Notes under the pieces: generated by a model | What the model was told of the DNA's origin: nothing | Databases searched by the model: none | What the model saw: the letters and a program-made list of their open reading frames with translations, nothing else | Made by a program: the position numbers and the translations under genes | Part shown: positions 37,408 to 45,079 of the stretch, one piece after another | How the letters are laid out: the number at the start of each line of letters is the position of its first letter | Position numbering within the stretch: the first letter of the stretch is position 1 | Source: a virus | Lineage: Duplodnaviria; Caudoviricetes | Virus record (IMG/VR): IMGVR_UViG_3300021399_000099 | Location: 96,001 to 160,000 of that record | Reading direction: 5' to 3' (one strand) | Length of the DNA: 64,000 nt

Positions 37408-37657
37408 AGAGCTCCTCGGTCTCAACATAGGTCGTTTTTACAATCTTTTCGATTTTAACGACGTTGGACTTGGCCCAGTAACCGGGTGACGGATGTCTTT
37501 CCTTGATATCTTGGAAACTTGGCATGTACCATTTGAAGTAGCCATTTTTCTTAATGGTATTCAGTTTCCGTTTTTCATTTGCACCAAGCTGAAGGGTGTG
37601 GAAGTCGTCGCCGGTAATCAGGTAGTACTCCTGAGTTTCTTTCGTAATATTTGCCAT
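37406..37657 (-). CDS. hypothetical protein within NAD cluster
   Basis: ORF flanked by two sigma54-like motifs. Confidence 0.65.
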   Translation of the reverse strand: MANITKETQEYYLITGDDFHTLQLGANEKRKLNTIKKNGYFKWYMPSFQDIKERHPSPGYWAKSNVVKIEKIVKTTYVETEEL

Positions 37658-37688
37658 AATTAAATCTTTATTGTTACAGCATTAACTG

Positions 37689-37708
37689 TACAAATATCGT
37701 GCCAAACT
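37689..37708 (-). promoter_or_regulatory. sigma54-like motif (AGTTTGGCACGATATTTGTA)
   Basis: -24/-12 spacing conserved. Confidence 0.7.
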
Positions 37709-38549
37709 ATGCATTCAGCACGATAACTTTTTCATTATACCCGGTATAGAGGCTGTCCGTGGTATAAATGTAATCCACAGTACCGTTCTCGAGGCGTTTA
37801 AGCAGGGTTCCCTTCTCCGGGTCAAGCACACTGTTCTCCGTGTGGGTAGCATAAGCGTAGATATGTTCAAAGCCAAACTCCTTAAGCTTATCGGCGCTGT
37901 ATGCCAGGGTTCCACCGTAGGAAATAATGTCGTCAATCATAATGACGCTGCGACCAGAGCACTGGGAAGCATCAGGTTCATATCCTTCCGGTGTAGTTAT
38001 TCGGAGGCCTTTGATTTTCCCGGTCTCCCAATCACGAACCTTATGACCGATTAAGACATTTTTCTTGTTCGGGAAAAGGTCGCCGTAACGCTTGTAGGCA
38101 CCCTCGTCCGGGAAATAGAGATAATCATCGTTACCAAGGCCAATCCGTCTCACTGTATCGAGAATGAAATCCATAGGGCTCATAACCCATACGTTCTTGA
38201 TGAGTGCCGGGGTAACATTGGAGTGCGGGTCAAGTACATACACCCGATAAAACTCGAGGCTGTTGATTATGTCACAGAAGTATTTAAGTGTGAATACCTC
38301 GCTACTGTCCTTAATTCTGTCCATTCTGGCGTTGGGGACATAAAAGAGGTTAAGTACGAACAGCATATCCGGGTGAAGGCCCTTTAGATGCTTGGTAATA
38401 TAAATAAGGGTCAAAAGTTCCCCATCGTTCTCATAACGCCAAGTGATATGGTTGGCAGATGCAACGTTGAGGTAAAAATCTTGTTTCAGCAGCTGTGTTC
38501 CGTCCGGAAAGTGCTGAACTTCAACTTTTTGATTATTTACTAGAATCAT
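37707..38549 (-). CDS. Ribose-phosphate pyrophosphokinase-like protein (PRS family; possible ADPR-PP synthetase Adps)
   Basis: FPDG, PNARMDR, DPHS, FPDEGAYKRY, K.RDW.TG.I, DDIISYGGT, YATH. Confidence 0.88.
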   Translation of the reverse strand: MILVNNQKVEVQHFPDGTQLLKQDFYLNVASANHITWRYENDGELLTLIYITKHLKGLHPDMLFVLNLFYVPNARMDRIKDSSEVFTLKYFCDIINSLEFYRVYVLDPHSNVTPALIKNVWVMSPMDFILDTVRRIGLGNDDYLYFPDEGAYKRYGDLFPNKKNVLIGHKVRDWETGKIKGLRITTPEGYEPDASQCSGRSVIMIDDIISYGGTLAYSADKLKEFGFEHIYAYATHTENSVLDPEKGTLLKRLENGTVDYIYTTDSLYTGYNEKVIVLNA

Positions 38550-38563
38550 ATCTTAATGTTTTT

Positions 38564-38740
38564 TTAAAAACCCATTCCTTCCCAAGGTTCGTCAAGGAGG
38601 CTTTCAACGGAACAATTATTCAGTGATGCTATTTCCTCGAGTTCCTTAATCCGCTCACTGGCCTTCTCTGCATCGACATAGGCCCATTCGCCGCCACCGT
38701 TAATGGCATCATAATAATCTTTATAAGGGTTATTGCTCAT
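38564..38740 (-). CDS. Small hypothetical protein (58 aa, MSNNLIKDYYDAINGGG...) within NAD cluster
   Basis: Manual translation; fills gap between pncA and the PRS-like gene. Confidence 0.55.
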   Translation of the reverse strand: MSNNPYKDYYDAINGGGEWAYVDAEKASERIKELEEIASLNNCSVESLLDEPWEGMGF

Positions 38741-38752
38741 AATCTTGTCTTT

Positions 38753-39304
38753 TTAGATAACGTCAATCTGGCACATCTGCATGGTCTTGCAGGCAGCGAA
38801 ATGGGTCTCAGGGGTTACACCGGCGCAGCAGTCCTCAACGACCTTGACAGTGGCCTTGTCATAGAACGCAGCCTTAACCATCAGAGCATTGGAAACCACA
38901 CAGATATCGGTACAGAAACCGACAAACTCAATGTCAAGGTTGGCCCAAAGAGAAACACGCTTGATTTCGTCAATGAGGTCAAAGGAGCCAAAGGTAGGTT
39001 TCTCTACACGAACAACATTGATATTACGAATCTTTGCGTCATCAAGGGCTGCCTGGACGTTGGCTTCAATGTTCCAACCGTCAGTACCCTTTACGCAATG
39101 CACAACGGGAAGCTTCTGCCCCTCGTTAGTCTGGAGATAATCTTCTTCGTGGGTGTCCATGGTGTAAAAGATTGCATCACCGTTGAACTCACGAATCTTT
39201 TTGACAATGTTTGGAACGTTCTTGATAGCCTTTTCGTTCCTGAGGGCGCCAGTAATAAAATCGTTCTGGCAGTCGATAACGACCAAAATTTTTCTTGTTT
39301 CCAT
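38753..39304 (-). CDS. pncA: Nicotinamidase (isochorismatase family)
   Basis: VIDCQNDF, DTH, HCVKGT.GW, EKPTFGS, GFCTDICV (Asp-Lys-Cys triad and metal ligands). Confidence 0.88.
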   Translation of the reverse strand: METRKILVVIDCQNDFITGALRNEKAIKNVPNIVKKIREFNGDAIFYTMDTHEEDYLQTNEGQKLPVVHCVKGTDGWNIEANVQAALDDAKIRNINVVRVEKPTFGSFDLIDEIKRVSLWANLDIEFVGFCTDICVVSNALMVKAAFYDKATVKVVEDCCAGVTPETHFAACKTMQMCQIDVI

Positions 39305-39340
39305 ATTTTTGAAATTGAATGTTGTATTTTTAATGATATA

Positions 39341-39360
39341 TACAAATACCGTGCCAAACT
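39341..39360 (-). promoter_or_regulatory. sigma54-like motif upstream of pncA (AGTTTGGCACGGTATTTGTA)
   Basis: Identical 20-mer to the 6115 copy. Confidence 0.7.
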
Positions 39361-39367
39361 TACTTCC

Positions 39368-39793
39368 TTATTTTAACGGGTCATCACATTTAACCCACTC
39401 CCTTCTTTCTTTTTCGTACATTTTCCACCCCTTCCCATCCTCATAGTAATAGGAAAGAACGTTCCAGTCGGTATTATCTGTACCTGGAATATACTCCTTA
39501 ATGTATGCACTGATTCTCCAGAGCTTGATGATTCCTTTATCGTACATATCCAGGAAAATCTTCTTGCACGTATCATCAGCGAAACTGGCGTGTAGCGTTC
39601 CCCAATCTCCATAACTTGATAGAGATAAGCCATCCAACCCCTTTGCATTATAGGAACAATCACTGGCCATTTCCGGTTTATATCCAAGTTTTTCAATGTA
39701 CCTATGGTCTTCACCGGAACATTTATAGTCTATTGAATGCCCCTTCTCAAACGCAACATTAAACGGGTAAGGTAAATTATTCTCCATTTTCAT
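39368..39793 (-). CDS. hypothetical protein
   Basis: Start trimmed to MKMENN. Confidence 0.6.
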   Translation of the reverse strand: MKMENNLPYPFNVAFEKGHSIDYKCSGEDHRYIEKLGYKPEMASDCSYNAKGLDGLSLSSYGDWGTLHASFADDTCKKIFLDMYDKGIIKLWRISAYIKEYIPGTDNTDWNVLSYYYEDGKGWKMYEKERREWVKCDDPLK

Positions 39794-39935
39794 CCTCTTT
39801 ATTGTCCTCTTCTTTGTAATACCACTCCAGATAGACAGAGTAGTTCCAGTCAATTTTGTCATAGTTCTCCTCTATCCATTTCAGCAGAGCTTTCTTGGAT
39901 GCAAACTCCTGGCCATACAGTTGTCTATTCATCAT
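39777..39935 (-). CDS. Small hypothetical protein
   Basis: 3' part of track ORF 39777..40094; fills gap. Confidence 0.5.
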   Translation of the reverse strand: MMNRQLYGQEFASKKALLKWIEENYDKIDWNYSVYLEWYYKEEDNKEDENGE

Positions 39936-40584
39936 CTTCCTCTGCCTCCTCTCTGTCAATCTCTTCCCAAGTATCGGTCCAGTATTCGTCCGGTGGAAGT
40001 TTAAAGTCCGGGTCCCCATGTTCATGCCACCACCTCTCGACGGTCTCCCTATTGCTGCAGGGGGCGTAGTTGCTGACATTGAAATAGAAGACATTCAAGT
40101 CCCGGTTCCAGTTATAGAAACTGTTGGCCATATCCATAAACTTCTCGACGGTCTTGTAGGTTTCCTCGTCCATCGGTTCCGGGTGGTCATATCCTCTGTG
40201 TCCCGGGTCGTTTTCATTCTTACCCTCAATCCATTTATCCACAATGGGTTCCTTAAAATAACCCTTAAGGACCTCAATGATATCTGGTAGCTGGGATTTC
40301 ATCTGGTATGCATCGACAAAGTCTTCCTCGATAGATTCGTATGCTTTCCGAGGCAGGTAGTGGGCATTATAGAGATGGGCCTTCTCCCTTTCCTCCTTTG
40401 TCATCTTGGCGTGCTGTTCCTTGTACTCCTCAAAGGTAATGGAGGGATACGACGCCCGGAACATAAGGTCAAGACAGTCGTCAATGGCCCTTTCAATAAG
40501 CCCATCGTGCGAAATTACGGGTCTGGACAGATATTGTTTCCCGTTTTCCTTAAAAATCTCATTCATCGTCTTTCCTGTTTTCAA
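39925..40584 (-). CDS. hypothetical protein
   Basis: ORF tiles operon. Confidence 0.7.
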   Translation of the reverse strand: MKTGKTMNEIFKENGKQYLSRPVISHDGLIERAIDDCLDLMFRASYPSITFEEYKEQHAKMTKEEREKAHLYNAHYLPRKAYESIEEDFVDAYQMKSQLPDIIEVLKGYFKEPIVDKWIEGKNENDPGHRGYDHPEPMDEETYKTVEKFMDMANSFYNWNRDLNVFYFNVSNYAPCSNRETVERWWHEHGDPDFKLPPDEYWTDTWEEIDREEAEEDDE

Positions 40585-40897
40585 GTTCTTTTAAAATCAT
40601 TTCTCGTAATGTTGGGGTGTCCCTTACGATGTAGCAACCGTGATAGTTCCCCAGGTGAAACTTTGCGTGGTGCTCCGTTTCCAGTCTTTTAGCCACCGTT
40701 TCTAATAGCATCCTGTCGGACTGGCGTGTTCCATAATGGTCATAGGCATATATCTTGGTGCCCATCGGCTGTGTAAAAAACTCTTGTATCGTCCTGTCAG
40801 CCAATCTTGTTGTTTCCCCGGTCGCCCTGCTCAATAATTCTTGCAACTCTTCGTCTGTTTTACTTTTTAAGAAGTTGTCATAATATTCGCTGTTCAT
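40559..40897 (-). CDS. hypothetical protein
   Basis: ORF tiles operon. Confidence 0.65.
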   Translation of the reverse strand: MNSEYYDNFLKSKTDEELQELLSRATGETTRLADRTIQEFFTQPMGTKIYAYDHYGTRQSDRMLLETVAKRLETEHHAKFHLGNYHGCYIVRDTPTLREMILKELENRKDDE

Positions 40898-42009
40898 TAT
40901 GTTGTAAGGTCTTTATCACTTATAGCCACATCAAACGGTGCAAACAAATCACGTTCCAAGTCTTCAGTGGTCAAGTATCCACGCTCGACAAATTCGTCAC
41001 GCAGGGGGTTTGCCAGCTGAATGGACATCGGGTGGGCCTTACCGGTGGCTGCTATATCGCTACGGAGGCGGAAAAAGTGTATCCACGCGTCCTTGAAACC
41101 GCAGAGAACCAGTTCAGTCTTTGTAGATAGCGGGAGAACGCCCCTTGCCTGGTCCGGTATCCACGGCTTCTTTTCCTCTTCGGCAATCCCCTCTATATGG
41201 CTCCAATCGTTTGTAAGCCCATTGTATGCGTTTTCGGCAGAATTAAGTGCAATGAGCCATTGGTCAATCCTGTCATTTTTAGGCCTACCGCCGTACTTTA
41301 CGATTCGCATAGGGACTCGAGTCGGGGGGTCATCTTCCGTTGCTTTTTCAAAAAGTTCATTTCCCCCAACATCAACCCAGTCTCCGTCCCACCATATGAC
41401 ATTTTCTCCCTCGGCAAGCTTATCTTTTCCAATCCACGGCGGTATAACGAAACAACACTGGTTGCCATATTTCTTTCTGTTGTAATTCACATACCTGGTG
41501 CTTTCCTGGACCATTGACATCACCCTATGACGCAGGAAGTCTCGTCCAAGTCCAATATCGGTAATGAACTTCACGGTATAACGCTTCTCGTGGTATTCAG
41601 TTGGCTCACAGAGATACTTCAGGTCGTCAAGGCGGTTGTTCTCCACAAGGACACGATAGTTGGTGGTGATGTACCATTTAGAATTATAAAGTGCTCCTAT
41701 CTTGCTGTATTTATTGTTGCTGTAAAATCGTACGATGCTTTGGGTGGCTCCCCAATCTTTAAGTCCTGTCGGGTGTCCATTCTCATCAACATCTACTGGC
41801 GGCTCTTCAATACACAAATACACCGTCCCGAACTCCAGCACCGCACCGTGCCCTTCCTTCACCCTATTTTCTACAAACTTTCTGGCGGTCTCTCCACCTT
41901 TCACTTCACTCTTATAGGAGGTCTTGCCACAGCGTTCTATAATGTCATAGATACCCTGTAGTCCCGGCCCCTGTTCAATAATTTCGTAACTTGGTCTAAC
42001 TAATTTCAT
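40897..42009 (-). CDS. thyX: FAD-dependent thymidylate synthase
   Basis: IERCG..SYKSE, GH.AVLE, RHR..S..QESTRY, AR.VLP...KTEL, W.HFF.LR, AHP. Confidence 0.93.
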   Translation of the reverse strand: MKLVRPSYEIIEQGPGLQGIYDIIERCGKTSYKSEVKGGETARKFVENRVKEGHGAVLEFGTVYLCIEEPPVDVDENGHPTGLKDWGATQSIVRFYSNNKYSKIGALYNSKWYITTNYRVLVENNRLDDLKYLCEPTEYHEKRYTVKFITDIGLGRDFLRHRVMSMVQESTRYVNYNRKKYGNQCCFVIPPWIGKDKLAEGENVIWWDGDWVDVGGNELFEKATEDDPPTRVPMRIVKYGGRPKNDRIDQWLIALNSAENAYNGLTNDWSHIEGIAEEEKKPWIPDQARGVLPLSTKTELVLCGFKDAWIHFFRLRSDIAATGKAHPMSIQLANPLRDEFVERGYLTTEDLERDLFAPFDVAISDKDLTT

Positions 42010-42030
42010 GATACTATACTTTATAAATTA

Positions 42031-42059
42031 AAAGTACAAAAATTCCTGGACTTTGCCAA
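42031..42059 (-). promoter_or_regulatory. sigma70-like promoter TTGGCA-N17-TACTTT upstream of thyX
   Basis: Matches recurrent motif. Confidence 0.5.
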
Positions 42060-42078
42060 AAATCTTTGTACTTTCTTT

Positions 42079-43008
42079 TTACTTAAGGTTGTCAATCCCG
42101 TTTTCGGCGTACCATTCGCGGAATTTCTTGTATTCCTCCTCGCCTACTTTGTTGATGGCCACCTGCAAGTCGTTGTAATCGCAGTGCTTAATCTTGACGA
42201 TAATCCGCTTGCCGCGAGGGTCCTTGATAGGAACGACCGGTCTGGCTACAATGCCTTCCTCAAGATAGTCGGGGTTTGAAACATCCGGCACGAGGGTCTT
42301 AAATCCCTTCTTAACCATCTCTTCTGCCTCCTCAATGGTCATCTGGCCAATGTAGGGTGCAACTGTGAGACCAAGTTTCTCGGCATAGTCGTTCAGCATA
42401 TCAATGGGAACCCACCAACCCTGCACACAGATGTCGAAGATGGAGAAACGGTTCTTATCCTTGTCATAGTTGCCGCCAGACTGAATCTTCTTACCGAAGA
42501 ACTCACCATAGATATAAACGGGAACCTCTTCTACGTGGATAACGCCATACTGTGGGTGTTCTCTGTATTCGTTGATGGTGATGGGGTTCGGGTCAGGGTC
42601 ACCAGCAGAAGAATCATACAAAAGAATCTGGTTCTTATCATTCATTACAGGAGCAAACTTAGCACTCTCAGGCGGGAACAGCTCAGCAAGAATGGGCTTA
42701 ATCCTTTCAATCTCAGCATCAAGGAATGCCTTCTGCCCGGTACCTACGATGTCAGCATTGTCAGTCTTGCCACCAGGGAAACATTCTCCAGTGGAAGGGA
42801 AATAAACAATCTTACTATTGGTACCGTCTATTTTACTAAAACAATCAAACTTCAAACCCTTGATGTATTCCATAAAATCGTCAGAGTATTCATCGACAAT
42901 GATTTTATTCATAAACACCTTCCAGTCCTTGTTAGGAAGAGTGACCTTTCCAAGATTTTGATATCTTTTATACAAAGTGTTGATTTTTGTGTAAGTTTGT
43001 GTCTTCAT
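42079..43008 (-). CDS. RNA ligase (Rnl2-like nucleotidyltransferase)
   Basis: KIDGTN (motif I), YGEFFG, F.IFDI, EEGIVARP, VKIK. Confidence 0.8.
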   Translation of the reverse strand: MKTQTYTKINTLYKRYQNLGKVTLPNKDWKVFMNKIIVDEYSDDFMEYIKGLKFDCFSKIDGTNSKIVYFPSTGECFPGGKTDNADIVGTGQKAFLDAEIERIKPILAELFPPESAKFAPVMNDKNQILLYDSSAGDPDPNPITINEYREHPQYGVIHVEEVPVYIYGEFFGKKIQSGGNYDKDKNRFSIFDICVQGWWVPIDMLNDYAEKLGLTVAPYIGQMTIEEAEEMVKKGFKTLVPDVSNPDYLEEGIVARPVVPIKDPRGKRIIVKIKHCDYNDLQVAINKVGEEEYKKFREWYAENGIDNLK

Positions 43009-43020
43009 AACTTTTGTATT

Positions 43021-43401
43021 TTAAATTAACTTTTCTAAACAATACTTAATAGCTGCTTCACAAGCTTGTTCATATGTGCTGTTTCCAACGATAGCAATAT
43101 AATCATCTCTTTCGTACGCGGTTTCTCTTCTTCCATCATATATTCTTCCAGTATAGTCACCACCGTAGAAATCATACTTTGGAACAACATGAATATTATG
43201 CACTTCCCTCAACCACTTCATTGCCATTTGGAGAGTTGGCGCTGTGACGTAATTATTTTGTTCAAGGTTCGTGCTACAATTCGTGTTAAAACGACACAGT
43301 TCTCCATTGTCTAATCTATAATGGCTATATGATGGGCAATCAAACCCCTTTTTCTTCAATAGTTTCGCTGTTTCAAAACTAACGTAATCTTCTGTAATCA
43401 T
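43021..43401 (-). CDS. Phage hypothetical protein, paralog family B (MITEDYVSFETAKLLK.KGF...PTLQMAMKWLREVH)
   Basis: Termini shared with 62088..62450. Confidence 0.8.
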   Translation of the reverse strand: MITEDYVSFETAKLLKKKGFDCPSYSHYRLDNGELCRFNTNCSTNLEQNNYVTAPTLQMAMKWLREVHNIHVVPKYDFYGGDYTGRIYDGRRETAYERDDYIAIVGNSTYEQACEAAIKYCLEKLI

Positions 43402-43432
43402 ATTGTTTTTTTTTATGTTTCATCCAATATAT

Positions 43433-43452
43433 TACAAAAACCGTGCCAAACT
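43433..43452 (-). promoter_or_regulatory. sigma54-like motif (AGTTTGGCACGGTTTTTGTA)
   Basis: -24/-12 spacing conserved. Confidence 0.7.
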
Positions 43453-43843
43453 ATTTCGAATCCACAAAATCAAGGAACTCAATATTCTTAAACCTGCAGT
43501 AGAATACAAACCATTCCTTGTTTTCGATAGTTTCTCTGTTGTTGTTCAAGTAATATATGTTATCGTAGCTTTTCCAAGAATTATAAAACATGCGACCAAA
43601 CTTATCGATTTCGTCACCTTTTCTCGTAAGCACCGCCTGCCCATTATTCAACAGGTCATAAAGCCGGTCATAATCCTTGCTGACCTTGTAATCAAAGCAC
43701 ACTGTCGTAACGTCATTTTTATCCGCAGATTTAATGTTTTTCCTTGCAACATCGTTTATTAAGATGCCAAGCCCAAGGCCCAAAACAAAAATTAAGAAAA
43801 TCACAAAAATGGTAGAGACATAACTAACATTTAACATATTCAT
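43451..43843 (-). CDS. hypothetical membrane-anchored protein
   Basis: N-terminal TM. Confidence 0.6.
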   Translation of the reverse strand: MNMLNVSYVSTIFVIFLIFVLGLGLGILINDVARKNIKSADKNDVTTVCFDYKVSKDYDRLYDLLNNGQAVLTRKGDEIDKFGRMFYNSWKSYDNIYYLNNNRETIENKEWFVFYCRFKNIEFLDFVDSK

Positions 43844-43885
43844 AAAAAAAATTAATAATTATTACCTTTATAATAAAAATGATAT

Positions 43886-43912
43886 AAAAACCAACGAACT
43901 TAATCGTTGGTT
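43886..43912 (-). terminator. Intrinsic terminator
   Basis: aaccaacga / tcgttggtt. Confidence 0.6.
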
Positions 43913-43919
43913 ACTGCCA

Positions 43920-44114
43920 CTAATTCTCCTCAAATAATTCCAGCAAATACATAAAAACGTCAGCTATTGCGTGATACCTGGTACAACGGTAAGTATCTAC
44001 GTTGTAATTGGCATAGCCGAGTTTCCTGTATTCATTAAACTTCTTTTCGAGTTCTTCCTTTGTGATGGTCAATTTATCGCCATTAACCTCGTAACTCTCT
44101 ATATCAAAAGTCAT
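43920..44114 (-). CDS. hypothetical protein
   Basis: ORF tiles operon. Confidence 0.55.
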   Translation of the reverse strand: MTFDIESYEVNGDKLTITKEELEKKFNEYRKLGYANYNVDTYRCTRYHAIADVFMYLLELFEEN

Positions 44115-44434
44115 TGGGCGGTCTCCTCCGTATCTATTTTTCCATCATCGTCCTTCCACATATATTCCGGGTCGTCATAGAGCACAATCGGTCCGTCAGG
44201 ATAGTATGGAAGTGCCCTGATGGTGTTATACTCAATCCATTCCATCGCATCTTCGTATGACATTTCGTCCTCTGTCATCAGGCACTCAATCATTTTGTCA
44301 AAACTATATACGGCACGGCCATCACTCGACATACCGATATAGGCATCGACATAGGCCTTATCATCAAACACTATAACGTCCTCATATCCAAGGTCGCACA
44401 GGTGGTCCTTTAATGCTTGCAGTTTGTCTTTCAT
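44111..44434 (-). CDS. Conserved phage hypothetical protein (A.IG...RAVY...M...EA.EW..YN)
   Basis: Recognisable motif. Confidence 0.7.
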   Translation of the reverse strand: MKDKLQALKDHLCDLGYEDVIVFDDKAYVDAYIGMSSDGRAVYSFDKMIECLMTEDEMSYEDAMEWIEYNTIRALPYYPDGPIVLYDDPEYMWKDDDGKIDTEETAQ

Positions 44435-44440
44435 ATTGTC

Positions 44441-44662
44441 TTATCGTTTTCTATATTCTTCAATCAACTTGTTGGCGTCTTCGAGACTCATTTCCATCAG
44501 TTCCTTGTGTCTTCCGCCCTTCCACCCATTACAGAACTCGCAGGGGTCTTCCAGCTCGTCCCAGTCGTCATCGTTGTTGGGGTGTTTGTGGCATCCGTCT
44601 GGTCTTCCAGGGTTCTCATAATAGAGGCAGACCGGCAATGTATCGTATTCTTCGCGTGTCAT
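44441..44662 (-). CDS. hypothetical Cys-containing protein
   Basis: ORF tiles operon. Confidence 0.6.
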   Translation of the reverse strand: MTREEYDTLPVCLYYENPGRPDGCHKHPNNDDDWDELEDPCEFCNGWKGGRHKELMEMSLEDANKLIEEYRKR

Positions 44663-44667
44663 ATCGT

Positions 44668-44964
44668 TTATTCATTATTGTGTTTCTCGTTCCACTCTTT
44701 TAATCTTTCCTTCAGGCGTGATAGTTTGCGCTCCTTTTCCTCGCGGAACTCGTCAAGACCGAAATAAACTGCCATTTGTTCCATCATAATCGAAACATCA
44801 ACGAGTTCGGTAATGATTTCGTCCTTTGTTACCCTTCCCCTTCTTGCTTTTGCCAGGGCGGACAACATCTCCCCGGTTTCTTCCATAACCATTGCGACCT
44901 GGGCTTCAATACCCCAGCTGTCAAGTGCTTTCGTGTAAAGTAAAACTTTCTCTGTATCAGTCAT
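44668..44964 (-). CDS. MazG-like nucleotide pyrophosphohydrolase
   Basis: EETGEML.ALAK...I.TELVDV.IM.EQ (ExxE...ExxD). Confidence 0.7.
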   Translation of the reverse strand: MTDTEKVLLYTKALDSWGIEAQVAMVMEETGEMLSALAKARRGRVTKDEIITELVDVSIMMEQMAVYFGLDEFREEKERKLSRLKERLKEWNEKHNNE

Positions 44965-45079
44965 ATCTTCTTAAAACTTAAATCTGTATCTCTATAGTAC
45001 AAAAAATAATAGTGATTTCAAAAACAAATTGATGTTTTGTCTCCGGGAAGATATTTATGATAGATAAAATATACAGAAT

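Noticed and set aside
33803-39304. Plain NARP1 or NARP2 call for the NAD cluster
   Set aside because: Neither explains pncA, nadE or the Asp-to-Ala change, and no Nmnat is visible. It remains possible if the transferase proves to use nicotinamide.
40897-42009. Intein or intron in the long thyX
   Set aside because: No intein terminal motifs and no frame break; the extra length comes from small insertions.
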